From Candidatus Scatosoma sp. (GTDB lineage: Bacteria > Bacillota > Clostridia > Christensenellales > Borkfalkiaceae): a stretch of 53,239 bases of DNA. The position numbers and the translations under genes were made by a program. Shown here in pieces: positions 27,261 through 38,027 of the stretch (position 1 is its first letter; each line of letters begins with the position of its first letter). The stretch covers positions 1 to 53,239 of the forward strand of contig JAZORL010000185.1 in NCBI GenBank assembly GCA_045656625.1. The letters are read 5' to 3'. A model generated the notes under the pieces. That model was given only the letters and a program-made list of their open reading frames with translations, was not told the DNA's origin and searched no databases.

Positions 27261-27497
27261 ATAGAATAAGGGGAATTATTCGGAAAATTTTTTCTAAAAG
27301 GTTGTTATTCAATCTTAATTTTACAAAGAGAGATTGCTGAAAGCCTTGAAATATAAGGGATTGCAGCGGGTAATATAGATAAATTGTTTCGGTAGGGAAT
27401 TAATCAAACTATTCGTAAAATGCAGGTTTTACGAAAACATCAGGCTGTTTTTCAAACAAAAAGGGCTTTTCAAACAATTTTCGAGCATTTTTTCTTT

Positions 27498-29390
27498 TTA
27501 TTGTTTTACGAAGATTTTATAAGAATACGGTTTTACTTCCAAAAAATCTTGATAATTTTCATTCGTCAAGCAATCGACGTATTTTTCCGATAATTTTAAT
27601 AAATGTGTTTTTGAAGAATTATTCGCAAACACGTAGATACTTTGATTGTTTTTTGTACGTTTGTAAAAAATCAAACCGTTTTGACATTCTAAGTCGATAA
27701 AATCGCCGTCGTTAAATATATCACGGTATTTTTCACGGATTTCGCCAAGTTTAGAATAAAATCCAATCAAATCTTCGTTCAAATGCTCCCAATCGAAGCA
27801 TTTTCGGCAAAATGGATCAATATGTCCTTCCATTCCATTTTCGTCACCGTAATATAAGCACGGCACGCCAGGCAAGGTATATTGCAAAACAGCCGCCATT
27901 TTCAGTTTTTCAATCGCACTTTTCTTTGTGTTTTCAGACATATATGCCTGCGGCGAAGCCATTTCGTCCTTATTATGACAATAAATTCCGCCTAAAACCG
28001 TTAAAATACGCGCCGTATCATGCGTTCCGAGAATATTCATTAAGCAATCGAGCGTTTGCTTGGGATAATGATTGATTAAAACACGAATATTATGCAACAA
28101 ATCTATTGCATTTCCCGTTTGCATATAATGAATAATACTATCCTTTAACGGATAATTCATCACGCTGTCAAGCTCGTAGCCTTGTAAATACTCACGGCGC
28201 TCAGAATATGCGATTTTATTGGACGCATCTTCCCAAACCTCACCGATAATAATGGCGTTTTCGTCTTCTTCCTTCACGGATTTTCGAAGTTTTTTCAAAA
28301 AGAAATCGGGAAGCTCGTCAGCAACGTCAAGTCGGTAGCCACCAATCCCGAAGCCGAGCCATTTTTTCAATACACCGCCCTTTTCAAAGATAAAATTTTG
28401 ATATGATTCGGAATGTTCGTTGACCTCGGGTAAAATATCAATTCCCCACCAACTGCTGTATTTATCGGGAAATTCTTGGAAAGAATACCAAGAATAATAA
28501 GGCGAATCCTTCGATTGATACGCACCTACGGACGGATATTCACCATATTTATTAAAATAAACGCTATTATCGCCCGTATGATTGAATACGCCGTCTAAAA
28601 TTACACGAATTCCAAGCTTTTTTCCTTCTTCGATTAATTCCTTAAAATCTTTTTCCTCGCCTAAAAACGGGTCGATTTTCATATAATCGGAAGTATCGTA
28701 GCGGTGATTTGATGCCGCTTCAAAAATAGGATTGCAATAAATCACCGTTACGCCAAGACTCTTCAAATACGGCAGCTTTTCGATAATACCTTGAATGTTT
28801 CCGCCAAAAAAGTCGTTATTTAATACTTTTCCATGCTCATTCGGCCGATAAGACGGCAAACCGCCCCAATCATTGCGCTTCACTCTTCCTTTTATGTCAG
28901 GCATACTACCTGTTTTATGGAAACGATCAGGGAAGATTTGATACATTACGCCGCCCTTAAACCATTCAGGCGTTTTATAATCGGAAGAATGTATGGTCAA
29001 TAAAAAGCCGTTTGCATGTTCAGTCAGAACGCCAAGCTCCATATAGCCGCAAGATATATTTCCTACACCTTCAATATAAAAGCTGTAAAAATACAAACCG
29101 ATTTCTTCAATAGAAATGGAAATCGTCCAACCGAATCCCGTTTTGCTCATAGGAAATAATTCGGCTTCTTCCCCATCTTTATTTAAGCGTAAAAAGGCAT
29201 TATTGCACGGTTCAAAGCAATCGCAAAGATTCGGTGTTTTTGTGCAAAAATCTTGATTTTGCATACAATAACAGTTCGTATTCGGCGTTTCCTTTACGTG
29301 ATAAATATTTAGTTGTATTTTTTCGTCCGTGGATATTGCGCCAATCCTGCTTTTACACGCAGTATCTAATGGATTGAAATAAATTCGCAT
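27498..29390 (-). CDS. GH13 alpha-amylase-family enzyme (neopullulanase/cyclomaltodextrinase-like)
   Basis: GH13 conserved regions DGVFNHTG, GYRLDVADE, GEVWED and LGTHDT, with an N-terminal beta-sandwich extension. Confidence 0.88.
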   Translation of the reverse strand: MRIYFNPLDTACKSRIGAISTDEKIQLNIYHVKETPNTNCYCMQNQDFCTKTPNLCDCFEPCNNAFLRLNKDGEEAELFPMSKTGFGWTISISIEEIGLYFYSFYIEGVGNISCGYMELGVLTEHANGFLLTIHSSDYKTPEWFKGGVMYQIFPDRFHKTGSMPDIKGRVKRNDWGGLPSYRPNEHGKVLNNDFFGGNIQGIIEKLPYLKSLGVTVIYCNPIFEAASNHRYDTSDYMKIDPFLGEEKDFKELIEEGKKLGIRVILDGVFNHTGDNSVYFNKYGEYPSVGAYQSKDSPYYSWYSFQEFPDKYSSWWGIDILPEVNEHSESYQNFIFEKGGVLKKWLGFGIGGYRLDVADELPDFFLKKLRKSVKEEDENAIIIGEVWEDASNKIAYSERREYLQGYELDSVMNYPLKDSIIHYMQTGNAIDLLHNIRVLINHYPKQTLDCLMNILGTHDTARILTVLGGIYCHNKDEMASPQAYMSENTKKSAIEKLKMAAVLQYTLPGVPCLYYGDENGMEGHIDPFCRKCFDWEHLNEDLIGFYSKLGEIREKYRDIFNDGDFIDLECQNGLIFYKRTKNNQSIYVFANNSSKTHLLKLSEKYVDCLTNENYQDFLEVKPYSYKIFVKQ

Positions 29391-29497
29391 AAGATAATTG
29401 TTCCTTTACTAACGAAAAGCCGTAAATAACTTTACAGCTTTTCGTCCGTTTATAATAAGTTGTGGAAATCGGAAAAAATAATGCGTTTTATGCAAAA

Positions 29498-31930
29498 TTA
29501 TTCATGCAAAGGTTTCAAGTCCCAAATGTTTTGCGCGTATTCCGCGATACTTCTATCCGCCGCAAAATACCCTGCCGCCGCGATATTACGCAAGGATTTT
29601 TGATTCCAAAGACGCTTATCGGTTGCGTAAAGGTTAGACATTTCGTTTTGCGTTGCCAAATAGGATTGGAAATCCGCCATACACATATATGGATCGGCAA
29701 TCGGACTGCCCGTCAAGAGATAGTTTGCAATATCCGCAAACGATTCACCGTTGAAGCCTACGATCAACGCTTCTACGATGCGGCGAAGCATGGGATCGTT
29801 ATTGTAATAAACGCTTGCGGAATAGCCGTTGCGCCAAATTTCCGAAACTTCGTCCGCTTTCAGACCAAAGATATAGATATTATCGAGGCCAACCTTTTCG
29901 CTCATTTCAACGTTTGCGCCGTCAAGCGTACCGATGGTCAAAGCGCCGTTAATCATGAACTTCATATTGCCCGTACCACTTGCTTCTTTACCAGCAAGAG
30001 AGATTTGCTCGGAAATTTCCGATGCAGGCATCAAGGATTCGGACATAGTCACGTTGTAGTCTTCCATATATACAACGTTTAATTTTTCCGCAATTTTCGG
30101 GTTTTTACGGATATCTTGGGCAAGGAAACAAATCAATTTGATGATTTTCTTCGCCATATAGTACCCTGCCGCCGCTTTTGCTGCGAAAATATACGTTTTC
30201 GGTTGGATTGGCGCGTCGGGATTATCTTTCAAAATCAAGTAATCGTGAATAACGTGCAATACATTCAAAAGCTGACGTTTATATTCGTGCAAACGTTTTG
30301 CTTGTACGTCAAAAATGGTGTTGGGATCGATTAAAGTCCCCTGTTTTTTGAATGCAAAATCCGCAAATTGCTTTTTCTTAATTGCCTTAATTTCCGCTAA
30401 ACGCTTTAATACGCTGTCATCATTTTCAAACTTCTTGAATTCAGCGAGCTTCGCTGCGTTTTTCGCATAGCCCTCGCCGATACAATCGTTCAAAAGTGCG
30501 CAAAGCTCGGGGTTCGATTGATTCAACCAACGTCTATGTGCGATACCGTTCGTCACGTTTGTGAATTTTTCAGGCGTGTAATCGTAGAAATCCTTGAAAA
30601 TGCTTTGCTTGATAATGTCGCTATGCAAACCAGATACGCCGTTTACTTTATGCGAACCGTGTACGGAAAGGTTAGCCATTTTTACAACGTTATAGGACAT
30701 AATCGCCATACGGGAAATCTTATCCCAATCCCCGGCATAGCGTTGCCAAAGATCTTCGCATTGACGGCGGTTGATTTCCTTCAAAATGCTGTAAATTCTC
30801 GGTAATCTGCGTGCAATTAAGTCCTCGGGCCACGTTTCAAGTGCTTCGGCAAGTACCGTATGGTTCGTGTAAGCACAAACGGAAGTCGTAATCGACCAGG
30901 CTTCATCCCAATTCATACCGTTCTCGTCGATCAAAAGTCGCATCAATTCGGGAATCGCAAGCGCAGGGTGCGTATCATTCAAATGAATTGCTGCCATTTT
31001 CGGCAAAAGTTTGAGTGAACCGTATCTTCTCTTGTGGTCAGCAAGAATATTTTGCAAGGACGCAGAAACCAGGAAATATTGTTGCTTCAAACGCAAGGAC
31101 TTCCCTTCCGCATGGTTATCAGCGGGATAAAGTACCTTGGAAATAAGCTCCGCTTCATTGTCTTCACGCATAACAGACGAGTAATCCCCTTGCGAGAAAA
31201 GTTTCATATCGAAGTTTTGAACGCTTCTTGCTTTCCAAAGACGAAGTACGGAAACTGCTTTGCTATCGTAGCCCGATACCATCATATCGTAAGCAACCGC
31301 TTGAATTTCCTTTGCGTCACGATAGATATTTTCCAAGCCGTGCTCCGTCCACTTTTCTTCGACGTAGCCGTCGAATTTTACCGTGAAAATCTTATCGCTT
31401 CTTTGGGTAAGCCATACTTCACCGCCAGGAAGCCAAACGTCAGGTAATTCCGTTTGCCAGCCTTCAACAATCTTTTGCTTGAACAAACCGTAATCGTAGC
31501 GAATGGAATACCCCATTGCAGGATAATCGCCAGTCGCAAGTGCGTCCATAAAACAAGCAGCTAAGCGGCCTAAACCGCCGTTGCCCAAGCCAGCATCCGG
31601 TTCAAGCTCGTAAAGTTCTTCAAGGGTTATGTCGTATTCCTTTAACGCTTCCGCAAACGTATCGTATACGCCGAGGTTAAAAATACTATTTTTCAAAGAA
31701 CGCCCCATCAAGAATTCCATGCAAAGATAGTAAACGCGTTTTGCCTTGTTTGCCTTCGTCGTGAGGTGGAAATTATGTCTTTTTTCGAGCATAATGTCAC
31801 GAATACTCATAACGACAGCCTTATAAAGCTGTTCCTTTCTCGCTTCCGAAGGCGCAACCCCGAAATAGCGCGAAAGTTTACCCTTTATAAGCTCTTTTGC
31901 TTCCGTTTCCGTAATTTTTTCTTTTTTCAT
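29498..31930 (-). CDS. glgP: Glycogen/maltodextrin phosphorylase
   Basis: 810 aa. GT35 motifs LGNGGLGRLAACF and PLP-site EASGTGNMKFMINGALTIGTLDGANVE. Confidence 0.95.
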   Translation of the reverse strand: MKKEKITETEAKELIKGKLSRYFGVAPSEARKEQLYKAVVMSIRDIMLEKRHNFHLTTKANKAKRVYYLCMEFLMGRSLKNSIFNLGVYDTFAEALKEYDITLEELYELEPDAGLGNGGLGRLAACFMDALATGDYPAMGYSIRYDYGLFKQKIVEGWQTELPDVWLPGGEVWLTQRSDKIFTVKFDGYVEEKWTEHGLENIYRDAKEIQAVAYDMMVSGYDSKAVSVLRLWKARSVQNFDMKLFSQGDYSSVMREDNEAELISKVLYPADNHAEGKSLRLKQQYFLVSASLQNILADHKRRYGSLKLLPKMAAIHLNDTHPALAIPELMRLLIDENGMNWDEAWSITTSVCAYTNHTVLAEALETWPEDLIARRLPRIYSILKEINRRQCEDLWQRYAGDWDKISRMAIMSYNVVKMANLSVHGSHKVNGVSGLHSDIIKQSIFKDFYDYTPEKFTNVTNGIAHRRWLNQSNPELCALLNDCIGEGYAKNAAKLAEFKKFENDDSVLKRLAEIKAIKKKQFADFAFKKQGTLIDPNTIFDVQAKRLHEYKRQLLNVLHVIHDYLILKDNPDAPIQPKTYIFAAKAAAGYYMAKKIIKLICFLAQDIRKNPKIAEKLNVVYMEDYNVTMSESLMPASEISEQISLAGKEASGTGNMKFMINGALTIGTLDGANVEMSEKVGLDNIYIFGLKADEVSEIWRNGYSASVYYNNDPMLRRIVEALIVGFNGESFADIANYLLTGSPIADPYMCMADFQSYLATQNEMSNLYATDKRLWNQKSLRNIAAAGYFAADRSIAEYAQNIWDLKPLHE

Positions 31931-31979
31931 ATTCTCAAATTTCTCCTAAAAAAAATTTTATCTTAACGTATCACGCTCA

Positions 31980-33500
31980 TTATCTTTGAAAGGTAAGATC
32001 GTAGAGCTTTTTATATTCGTCCGCGGATTTCAACCACGAGAAATCCGTCGTAATCGCCTTTTTCATTAATTCTTCCCACACCGCCGTATTCTTATACGTA
32101 TCAAGCGCTTCGTGAATAACGTACAGCATATCGTAAGGATTGCAAGAAGCAAACGTGAAACCGTTGCCGCCAGCTCCGAATGGTTTAATACTATCGTAAA
32201 GCCCACCCGTTTCACGCACCAAAGGTACGGTTGCGTAGCGGGAAGCAATCATTTGAGAAAGTCCGCAAGGCTCACTAATCGAAGGCATTAAGAAGATGTC
32301 TGCGCCTGAATAAATCTTTCTTGACAAATCGCCGTTAAATGCGATATTTGCAGAGCATTTCCCTTCGTATCTTTCCCCGAGGTTGAGGAAATAGTCTTCA
32401 TATTTCGTGTCACCCGTGCCAAGAAGGACAAACTGCAAATCTTCATGCAAAATATCTTCTGCAACCACTTTCACCAAGTCAACGCCCTTATGGGAAACCA
32501 AACGAGTAATCATCGCAATGATAGGCACGTCTTTTACAGGTAAACCAAGCATTTTTTGAAGCTCGGCTTTGCAAACCTTCTTTCCGCTAAAATCGTTTTC
32601 AACGTAGTTTGCAAACAATGCCTTGTCTTCTTTGCTATTATAGGAAAGAACGTCGATACCGTTCAAAATCCCCGTGAGCTTTTGTTCGTTGCGGCAAATA
32701 ATGTCTTGCAAGCCGTGTGCATATTGCGCAGTCTTGATTTCTTGCGCATACGTCGGACTTACGGTAGAGAAACGTTCGCAACATTCAATCGCACCTTTCA
32801 TAAGGTTGATGCAACCATCATATTCTACCAAGGAGCGGCATTCTTCGGGTAAACCGAACAAATCCCCAAGGATATCCAAGGAATATTTACCTTGATATTC
32901 GATGTTATGAATGGTAAACAACGCACGAATTGCTTGATATTCAGGGCGATGATCGTAAATCGTTTTTAAGTAGATTGCAGAAGCTGCAGATTGCCAATCG
33001 TGGCAATGTAAAATATTCGGCCAGAAATTGATAAACGGCAAAATCTCTAAAACGGCAAGCGAGAAAAAGGCAAATCGTTCCCCATCGTCATAATGTCCAT
33101 AGCAACCTTTGCGGTTAAAATATTGTTCATTATCAATGAAATAGAAGGTAACGCCGTCTTGTTCGCAAGTAAAAATACCACAATATTGATTACGCCAAGC
33201 AAGTTGCACGTAAATATTCCCTAAGAAGGACATTTTTCTACGCATTTCCGGTTTGATGTCCGAATATAAAGGCAAAACCACACGAATATCGTATTTTGGA
33301 TCAGCTGCAAGCGCTTGCGGCAATGAGCCGATAACGTCGGCAAGCCCACCCGTTGCAATAAACGGACGCGCTTCGGACGCAACAAACAAAATCTTTTGTT
33401 TTTCCGTCAAAACGGGATCGTTCGCTTCTTTTTTCGCACAAGCTTTTTGCATGTTCGTTTGAATTACTTTTACCTTTGTCGTTGTTTTACGTTCCGCCAT
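31980..33500 (-). CDS. glgA: Glycogen synthase (GT5)
   Basis: KILFVASEARPFIATGGLADV motif. ATG 33500 follows AGGAG; the longer track ORF to 33623 overlaps glgD. About 35 aa of basic N-terminal extension precede the usual start. Confidence 0.92.
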   Translation of the reverse strand: MAERKTTTKVKVIQTNMQKACAKKEANDPVLTEKQKILFVASEARPFIATGGLADVIGSLPQALAADPKYDIRVVLPLYSDIKPEMRRKMSFLGNIYVQLAWRNQYCGIFTCEQDGVTFYFIDNEQYFNRKGCYGHYDDGERFAFFSLAVLEILPFINFWPNILHCHDWQSAASAIYLKTIYDHRPEYQAIRALFTIHNIEYQGKYSLDILGDLFGLPEECRSLVEYDGCINLMKGAIECCERFSTVSPTYAQEIKTAQYAHGLQDIICRNEQKLTGILNGIDVLSYNSKEDKALFANYVENDFSGKKVCKAELQKMLGLPVKDVPIIAMITRLVSHKGVDLVKVVAEDILHEDLQFVLLGTGDTKYEDYFLNLGERYEGKCSANIAFNGDLSRKIYSGADIFLMPSISEPCGLSQMIASRYATVPLVRETGGLYDSIKPFGAGGNGFTFASCNPYDMLYVIHEALDTYKNTAVWEELMKKAITTDFSWLKSADEYKKLYDLTFQR

Positions 33501-33577
33501 AAAATCGCTCCTAAAAATATAAAAATAGCATGATACGCGTAAGACCTTCGAAAAGATCTTACGCGTTTCGTTTCCAA

Positions 33578-34693
33578 TTAAAGTCTCGTACCCTTTTGAA
33601 TGAAATACGGTAATTCTGCGCAACCAGCAAGCGTCTTTCTATCGCTAATTACAACGTTTTTATCGGTAATTACGCAATCGAGAGAGGTGTTTGCGCCTAT
33701 GTAGTTATCTTGCATAATAATTGAGTTTTTAACAACTGCACCTTTTCCAACTTTTACGCCACGGAAAAGAATGGAGTTTTCTACTACCCCTTCAATTACG
33801 CAACCGTCGGAAATCAACGAGTTCTTTACGAGAGCATCTTCCCCATATTTAGAAGGCGCACTATCGCGTACCTTCGTGTAAATATCACGCTCGCCGAACA
33901 ACTCGTCACGTACGTCTTTTTCAAGCAATTCCATATTGTGCTTATAATAAGCTTCCATGGAATCAATACCAGCGTAATAGCCTTTGAAATCATATTGATA
34001 AATTTTCAAGCTGTTGAGTTGTTTTACAAGAATTTCATTTTCAAAACTTGTGAAGCCGTGAGTGACTGTATCTTCTACCGCATTTAACAAGAATTGACGG
34101 TTGATGATCATAATATTGATGAAAATATCCGCTTTCGTGCCTTCGCTCATGTGTGGAGAAAGTTTAATTTCGTTTACACGACCATCGCTATCCGAATTGA
34201 TAAGCATAAAGTCGGAACGATGCCCTACTTTTCCGTGCTTGGTGACAAGCGTAATATCCGCATTTTTACTTTCATGATAATTGATGATATCGGAAATATC
34301 AAACTTTGCAACGCCGTCGCAGTCGGCAAGAACTACGTATTTTTCCTTTCTACGGCTCAAAAATCCCGTAATCGAACGGAGTGCTTCCAAACGCGTGCTG
34401 TACAATTTATCATGCTTTTCAGAGAAAGGCGGAAGAAGAATCAACCCGCCGTCTTTTCTTGCCAAATCCCAATCCTTACCGCTACCGATATGGTCGATCA
34501 AGGAACGATAGTTATTGTTTGTCATAAGCCCGACCGTCGTAATGCCGGAGTTGACCATATTTGAAAGAGCGAAGTCAATCAAACGATATCTACCGCCGAA
34601 CGGAATGGAAGCCATTGTTCTGATACGAACAAGCTCGGGAACGTTTTCTTCGTGCATATTAGAAAAAATAACGCCAATTGCAGATGCTGCCAT
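33578..34693 (-). CDS. glgD: Glucose-1-phosphate adenylyltransferase, GlgD regulatory subunit
   Basis: Nucleotidyltransferase plus left-handed beta-helix fold, lacking the GGxGxRL motif, positioned after glgC. Confidence 0.88.
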   Translation of the reverse strand: MAASAIGVIFSNMHEENVPELVRIRTMASIPFGGRYRLIDFALSNMVNSGITTVGLMTNNNYRSLIDHIGSGKDWDLARKDGGLILLPPFSEKHDKLYSTRLEALRSITGFLSRRKEKYVVLADCDGVAKFDISDIINYHESKNADITLVTKHGKVGHRSDFMLINSDSDGRVNEIKLSPHMSEGTKADIFINIMIINRQFLLNAVEDTVTHGFTSFENEILVKQLNSLKIYQYDFKGYYAGIDSMEAYYKHNMELLEKDVRDELFGERDIYTKVRDSAPSKYGEDALVKNSLISDGCVIEGVVENSILFRGVKVGKGAVVKNSIIMQDNYIGANTSLDCVITDKNVVISDRKTLAGCAELPYFIQKGTRL

Positions 34694-34706
34694 AATTCTA
34701 TCCTCC

Positions 34707-35900
34707 TTACGCCAAAATATCCGTTTCGTGTTTTTGACCTTCGGAAACGACTACGCCGTCGCCTACGGTAATATCACGACCCAACACCACGATTTCCGCC
34801 GCAGGATCTTTATCTACGCCGATTTTCGCGTTTTTACCAACCGTCACCCCTTCGTCAATAATCGAATAGGAAACGACTGCGTTTGCCTTAATTACGCTAT
34901 TTGCCAAAACAACCGCATCTTTGACGATTGCCCCTTCTTCAACCACAACGTTGCTGCCGAGAATACAGTTTTCTACGACGCCGTTAATTTCACAGCCAAG
35001 CGCAATCATCGAGTTCTTTACGACGCCATTTTTACCGATGTGTTCAGGCGGTGCAAGCGGGTTTCTCGAATGGATCTTCCAAGCCTTATCCCCTACGTCG
35101 AATTCAGGGCTATCGCCGAGCAAGTCCATATTCGCTTGCCAAAGCGAAGCAACTGTACCAACGTCCTTCCAATACCCATCGAATTGATAAGCAAACATCT
35201 TTTCGCCCGAGTTCAACATCGTGGGAAGAACGTCTTTACCGAAGTCTTTGGAAGAATTCGGGTTCGCGTCATCCGCTTCCAAATAGCTGAAAAGCTTTTT
35301 CGCGTTGAAAATATAAATACCCATCGAGGCAAGCGTACTCTTCGGCTGCTTGGGTTTTTCTTCAAACTGATAAATCGAACCATCGGGATTCGTATTAAGG
35401 ATACCAAATCTCGAAGCCTCGCTCAAAGGCACGTTAATTGCAGCAATCGTACAGTCGGCGCCCGTTTTCTTATGCGCATTAAGCATTGCTGCATAATCCA
35501 TTTTATAGATGTGATCGCCTGAAAGTACAAGCACGTATTCGGGGTTATACATCTTCATAAAATGAAGGTTTTGATAAATAGCATTCGCCGTGCCTTCGTA
35601 CCACGAAGAACGTGTTTTCGCCTGATACGGCGAAAGAATATGTACGCCGCCGTAAGTTCTGTCGAGATCCCACGGTTGACCGTTGCCAATGTATTCATTG
35701 AGAATTAACGGTTGATACTGCGTCAGTACGCCGACGGTATCGATGCCCGAATTGATACAGTTCGACAACGGGAAGTCGATAATACGGTACTTTGCGCCAA
35801 ACGCAACGGCAGGTTTTGCTATGTTCGTGGTCAAAGCGTAGAGTCTGCTACCCTGTCCGCCAGCCAAGAGCATTGCAACGCATTCTTTCTTTCTTTGCAT
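34707..35900 (-). CDS. glgC: Glucose-1-phosphate adenylyltransferase
   Basis: [22 protein letters not shown] and [12 protein letters not shown] motifs. Confidence 0.95.
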   Translation of the reverse strand: MQRKKECVAMLLAGGQGSRLYALTTNIAKPAVAFGAKYRIIDFPLSNCINSGIDTVGVLTQYQPLILNEYIGNGQPWDLDRTYGGVHILSPYQAKTRSSWYEGTANAIYQNLHFMKMYNPEYVLVLSGDHIYKMDYAAMLNAHKKTGADCTIAAINVPLSEASRFGILNTNPDGSIYQFEEKPKQPKSTLASMGIYIFNAKKLFSYLEADDANPNSSKDFGKDVLPTMLNSGEKMFAYQFDGYWKDVGTVASLWQANMDLLGDSPEFDVGDKAWKIHSRNPLAPPEHIGKNGVVKNSMIALGCEINGVVENCILGSNVVVEEGAIVKDAVVLANSVIKANAVVSYSIIDEGVTVGKNAKIGVDKDPAAEIVVLGRDITVGDGVVVSEGQKHETDILA

Positions 35901-35918
35901 AATGTGCCCCCTTTCGGT

Positions 35919-37811
35919 TTAATTTATTTTTTCTAAATAAACGCAAGTCAGTTTCGGAATATCGAAAAGGATCGACTGTTCCCGTCCATGACTATACGTT
36001 TTTGTCGTGTAATAAATGCGCTTTTTCATTGTTCCGCCACCGCCAAAACGAACGGAGTCGGAGTTAAAAAGCACTTTATATTTTCCTGCAGGCAAACCAA
36101 GCCGATAGCCTTTATGCTCCATACCTGAAAGATTGAGCATAACAACAATCGTTTTTCCCGATCTGTCTTTTCGTTGATAGGCGTAGAAATTATGGCTGGA
36201 ATCGTCCGCTGCCAACCATTCAAACCCCTCCCACGAATCTTCGATTTCATAAAGCGCAGGAGTTGTTTTATAAAGGTTATTCAACTCTTTGATGGCAAGC
36301 TGAAGCTTTTGATGCAAGGGATATTGCAACAAGAAATACTCAATTCCTTCTTTATAATTCCATTCCTTAAATTGTCCAATTTCCGAGCCCATAAAATGCA
36401 GTTTTTTACCAGGATGGGACATCATATAGCCAAGGAAGGCGCGAAGTCCAGCAAATTTTTCCCAGTAATCCCCTGGCATTTTCCCAATTAAAGAGGCCTT
36501 TCCGTGCACCACCTCATCGTGAGAAATAGGCAAAACGTAATTCTCCGAAAACGCATACATCATTGAAAAGGTCAATTTATTATGCACGTAGCTTCTATGA
36601 ACGGGATCCTTTGCGATATAGGAGAGTACGTCGTTCATCCAACCCATATTCCACTTGAAATTAAAGCCAAGCCCTCCGATATTCGTCGGACGAGTGACCA
36701 TTGGCCAAGCGGTCGATTCTTCCGCTATCATCAAAGCGTTGGGGAAATACGCAAAAATTGCTTCATTCAAACGGCGTAAAAAAGCTACTGCTTCCAAATT
36801 CTTATTTTCGCCGTAAATATTGGGAACCCATTCCCCCGGCTCTTTATCATAATCCAAGTAGAGCATCGAGGCAACAGCGTCTACACGAAGTCCGTCCACG
36901 TGGAAGTATTCCAAAAGGAATAACGCGCTCGAAATCAGGAAAGAAAGCACTTCGTTTCTGCCGTAATCAAACTTTCTCGTGCCCCAACCTCTATTTTCCA
37001 TTCTATCCCACTGCGAAGCTTCGTATAAAGGTTCGCCGTCAAACTCATATAAACCAAATGCGTCTTTGGGGAAATGCGCAGGCACCCAGTCCAAAATTAC
37101 CCCAATTCCAGCTTTATGGAAGGAATCCACGAGGTACATAAAATCGTGCGGTGTTCCCAATCTCGAAGTGATTGCGAAATACCCCGTCACTTGATACCCC
37201 CACGAGCCATCGAAAGGATGCTCGGTAATAGGCATAATTTCCACGTGCGTAAAGCCCATTTCTTTTACGTAGGCAACCAATTCCTTTGCAAGTTCACGAT
37301 AGGTGTAATAAGAACCATCCTCGTGCAACTTCCAAGAAAGCAAATTTACTTCGTAAACGTTCATTGGCGAGGCATAAATATTTGTACGCGCTTGCTTGTC
37401 CAAATATGCCTTATCAGACCATTTATAACCGTTTATATTATACAATTTAGAGGCGTTTGAGGAGGTAGAATCGGGCGTTTCTGCGTGATACGCATAAGGA
37501 TCAGCCTTATAAAGCGCTCTACCATCTCTTGTCGAAATACAATACTTATACGTATCAAACTGCTTCAAGCCAGGAATAAAAAGCTCAAAGGTCTCGCCGT
37601 CAATCATGCGTTGCATAATATGAGATTCCGTATTCCAACCGTTAAAATCCCCAATAACGGACACCCTTTCCGCTCTCGGTGCCCAAACGCGGAAAACGTA
37701 CCCCTTTTTCTTATTGACAACAGCAGGATGCGCGCCTAAAAGCTGATGCGTCTTAAAATTCTCACCATGATGAAATAAATGTAAAGGTAAATCCGTTTCA
37801 AATACGCTCAT
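35919..37811 (-). CDS. glgB: 1,4-alpha-glucan branching enzyme
   Basis: GH13_9 motifs DWVPAHF, GLRVDAVASM and AEESTAWP. 630 aa. Confidence 0.95.
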   Translation of the reverse strand: MSVFETDLPLHLFHHGENFKTHQLLGAHPAVVNKKKGYVFRVWAPRAERVSVIGDFNGWNTESHIMQRMIDGETFELFIPGLKQFDTYKYCISTRDGRALYKADPYAYHAETPDSTSSNASKLYNINGYKWSDKAYLDKQARTNIYASPMNVYEVNLLSWKLHEDGSYYTYRELAKELVAYVKEMGFTHVEIMPITEHPFDGSWGYQVTGYFAITSRLGTPHDFMYLVDSFHKAGIGVILDWVPAHFPKDAFGLYEFDGEPLYEASQWDRMENRGWGTRKFDYGRNEVLSFLISSALFLLEYFHVDGLRVDAVASMLYLDYDKEPGEWVPNIYGENKNLEAVAFLRRLNEAIFAYFPNALMIAEESTAWPMVTRPTNIGGLGFNFKWNMGWMNDVLSYIAKDPVHRSYVHNKLTFSMMYAFSENYVLPISHDEVVHGKASLIGKMPGDYWEKFAGLRAFLGYMMSHPGKKLHFMGSEIGQFKEWNYKEGIEYFLLQYPLHQKLQLAIKELNNLYKTTPALYEIEDSWEGFEWLAADDSSHNFYAYQRKDRSGKTIVVMLNLSGMEHKGYRLGLPAGKYKVLFNSDSVRFGGGGTMKKRIYYTTKTYSHGREQSILFDIPKLTCVYLEKIN

Positions 37812-37868
37812 TTCAACGCCTCCTGTCGTTTTAGGTAAACAAAATATAGTTTGCTTTACTTACGAAAT

Positions 37869-37897
37869 ATTATACTACATTCTTTTGAATTTTTCAA
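37869..37897 (-). promoter_or_regulatory. Sigma-A-type promoter of the glg operon
   Basis: Minus strand reads TTGAAA-17 nt-TATAAT. It is embedded in a 36-nt block that is 29/36 identical to the nahK-like promoter (42930-42965). Confidence 0.55.
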
Positions 37898-38027
37898 TAG
37901 AATTTTTAATTTTTTTTCAAGTTTTTTCAACTTTTTTATTATAATAAAACCTTTTTAATTTTCTAAACGAATTTTCTTTTGAAAAATGCTAAAATATCGG
38001 TGCTATTTTCGTTCAAATTGCATGGTT

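Noticed and set aside
27261-27497. About 240 nt between the GH13 stop and the operon terminator, considered as a hidden small gene or structured RNA.
   Set aside because: There is no ORF of meaningful length with an RBS on either strand. I see only short hairpins (for example cgtaaaa-tgcagg-ttttacg) and recognise no known RNA family by eye. It is left as an unexplained 3' region rather than a feature.
33501-33623. Upstream extensions of track ORFs: glgA to 33623, the PqqD-like gene to 46470, the S26-like gene to 46222, the small peptide to 47346, folD to 8732, and the dacB-like gene to 21308.
   Set aside because: The extensions overlap the preceding gene. They lack an RBS and add non-homologous residues. 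Internal ATGs with good SD sequences, or with ATGA/TAATG coupling, fit the known protein N-termini.
34515-35522. Long ORFs antisense to well-supported genes. These are 335 aa opposite glgC/glgD, 29462-30082 opposite glgP, 48284-48964 opposite purB, 7894-8565 opposite asp23/nusB, 14317-14832 opposite spoIVB, 50259-50834 opposite groEL, and 1336-1878 opposite htpG.
   Set aside because: Each lies entirely inside a strongly recognisable gene on the other strand. None has an RBS or a recognisable motif, and their composition is skewed (Arg/Phe/Ile-rich) as is typical of shadow frames.
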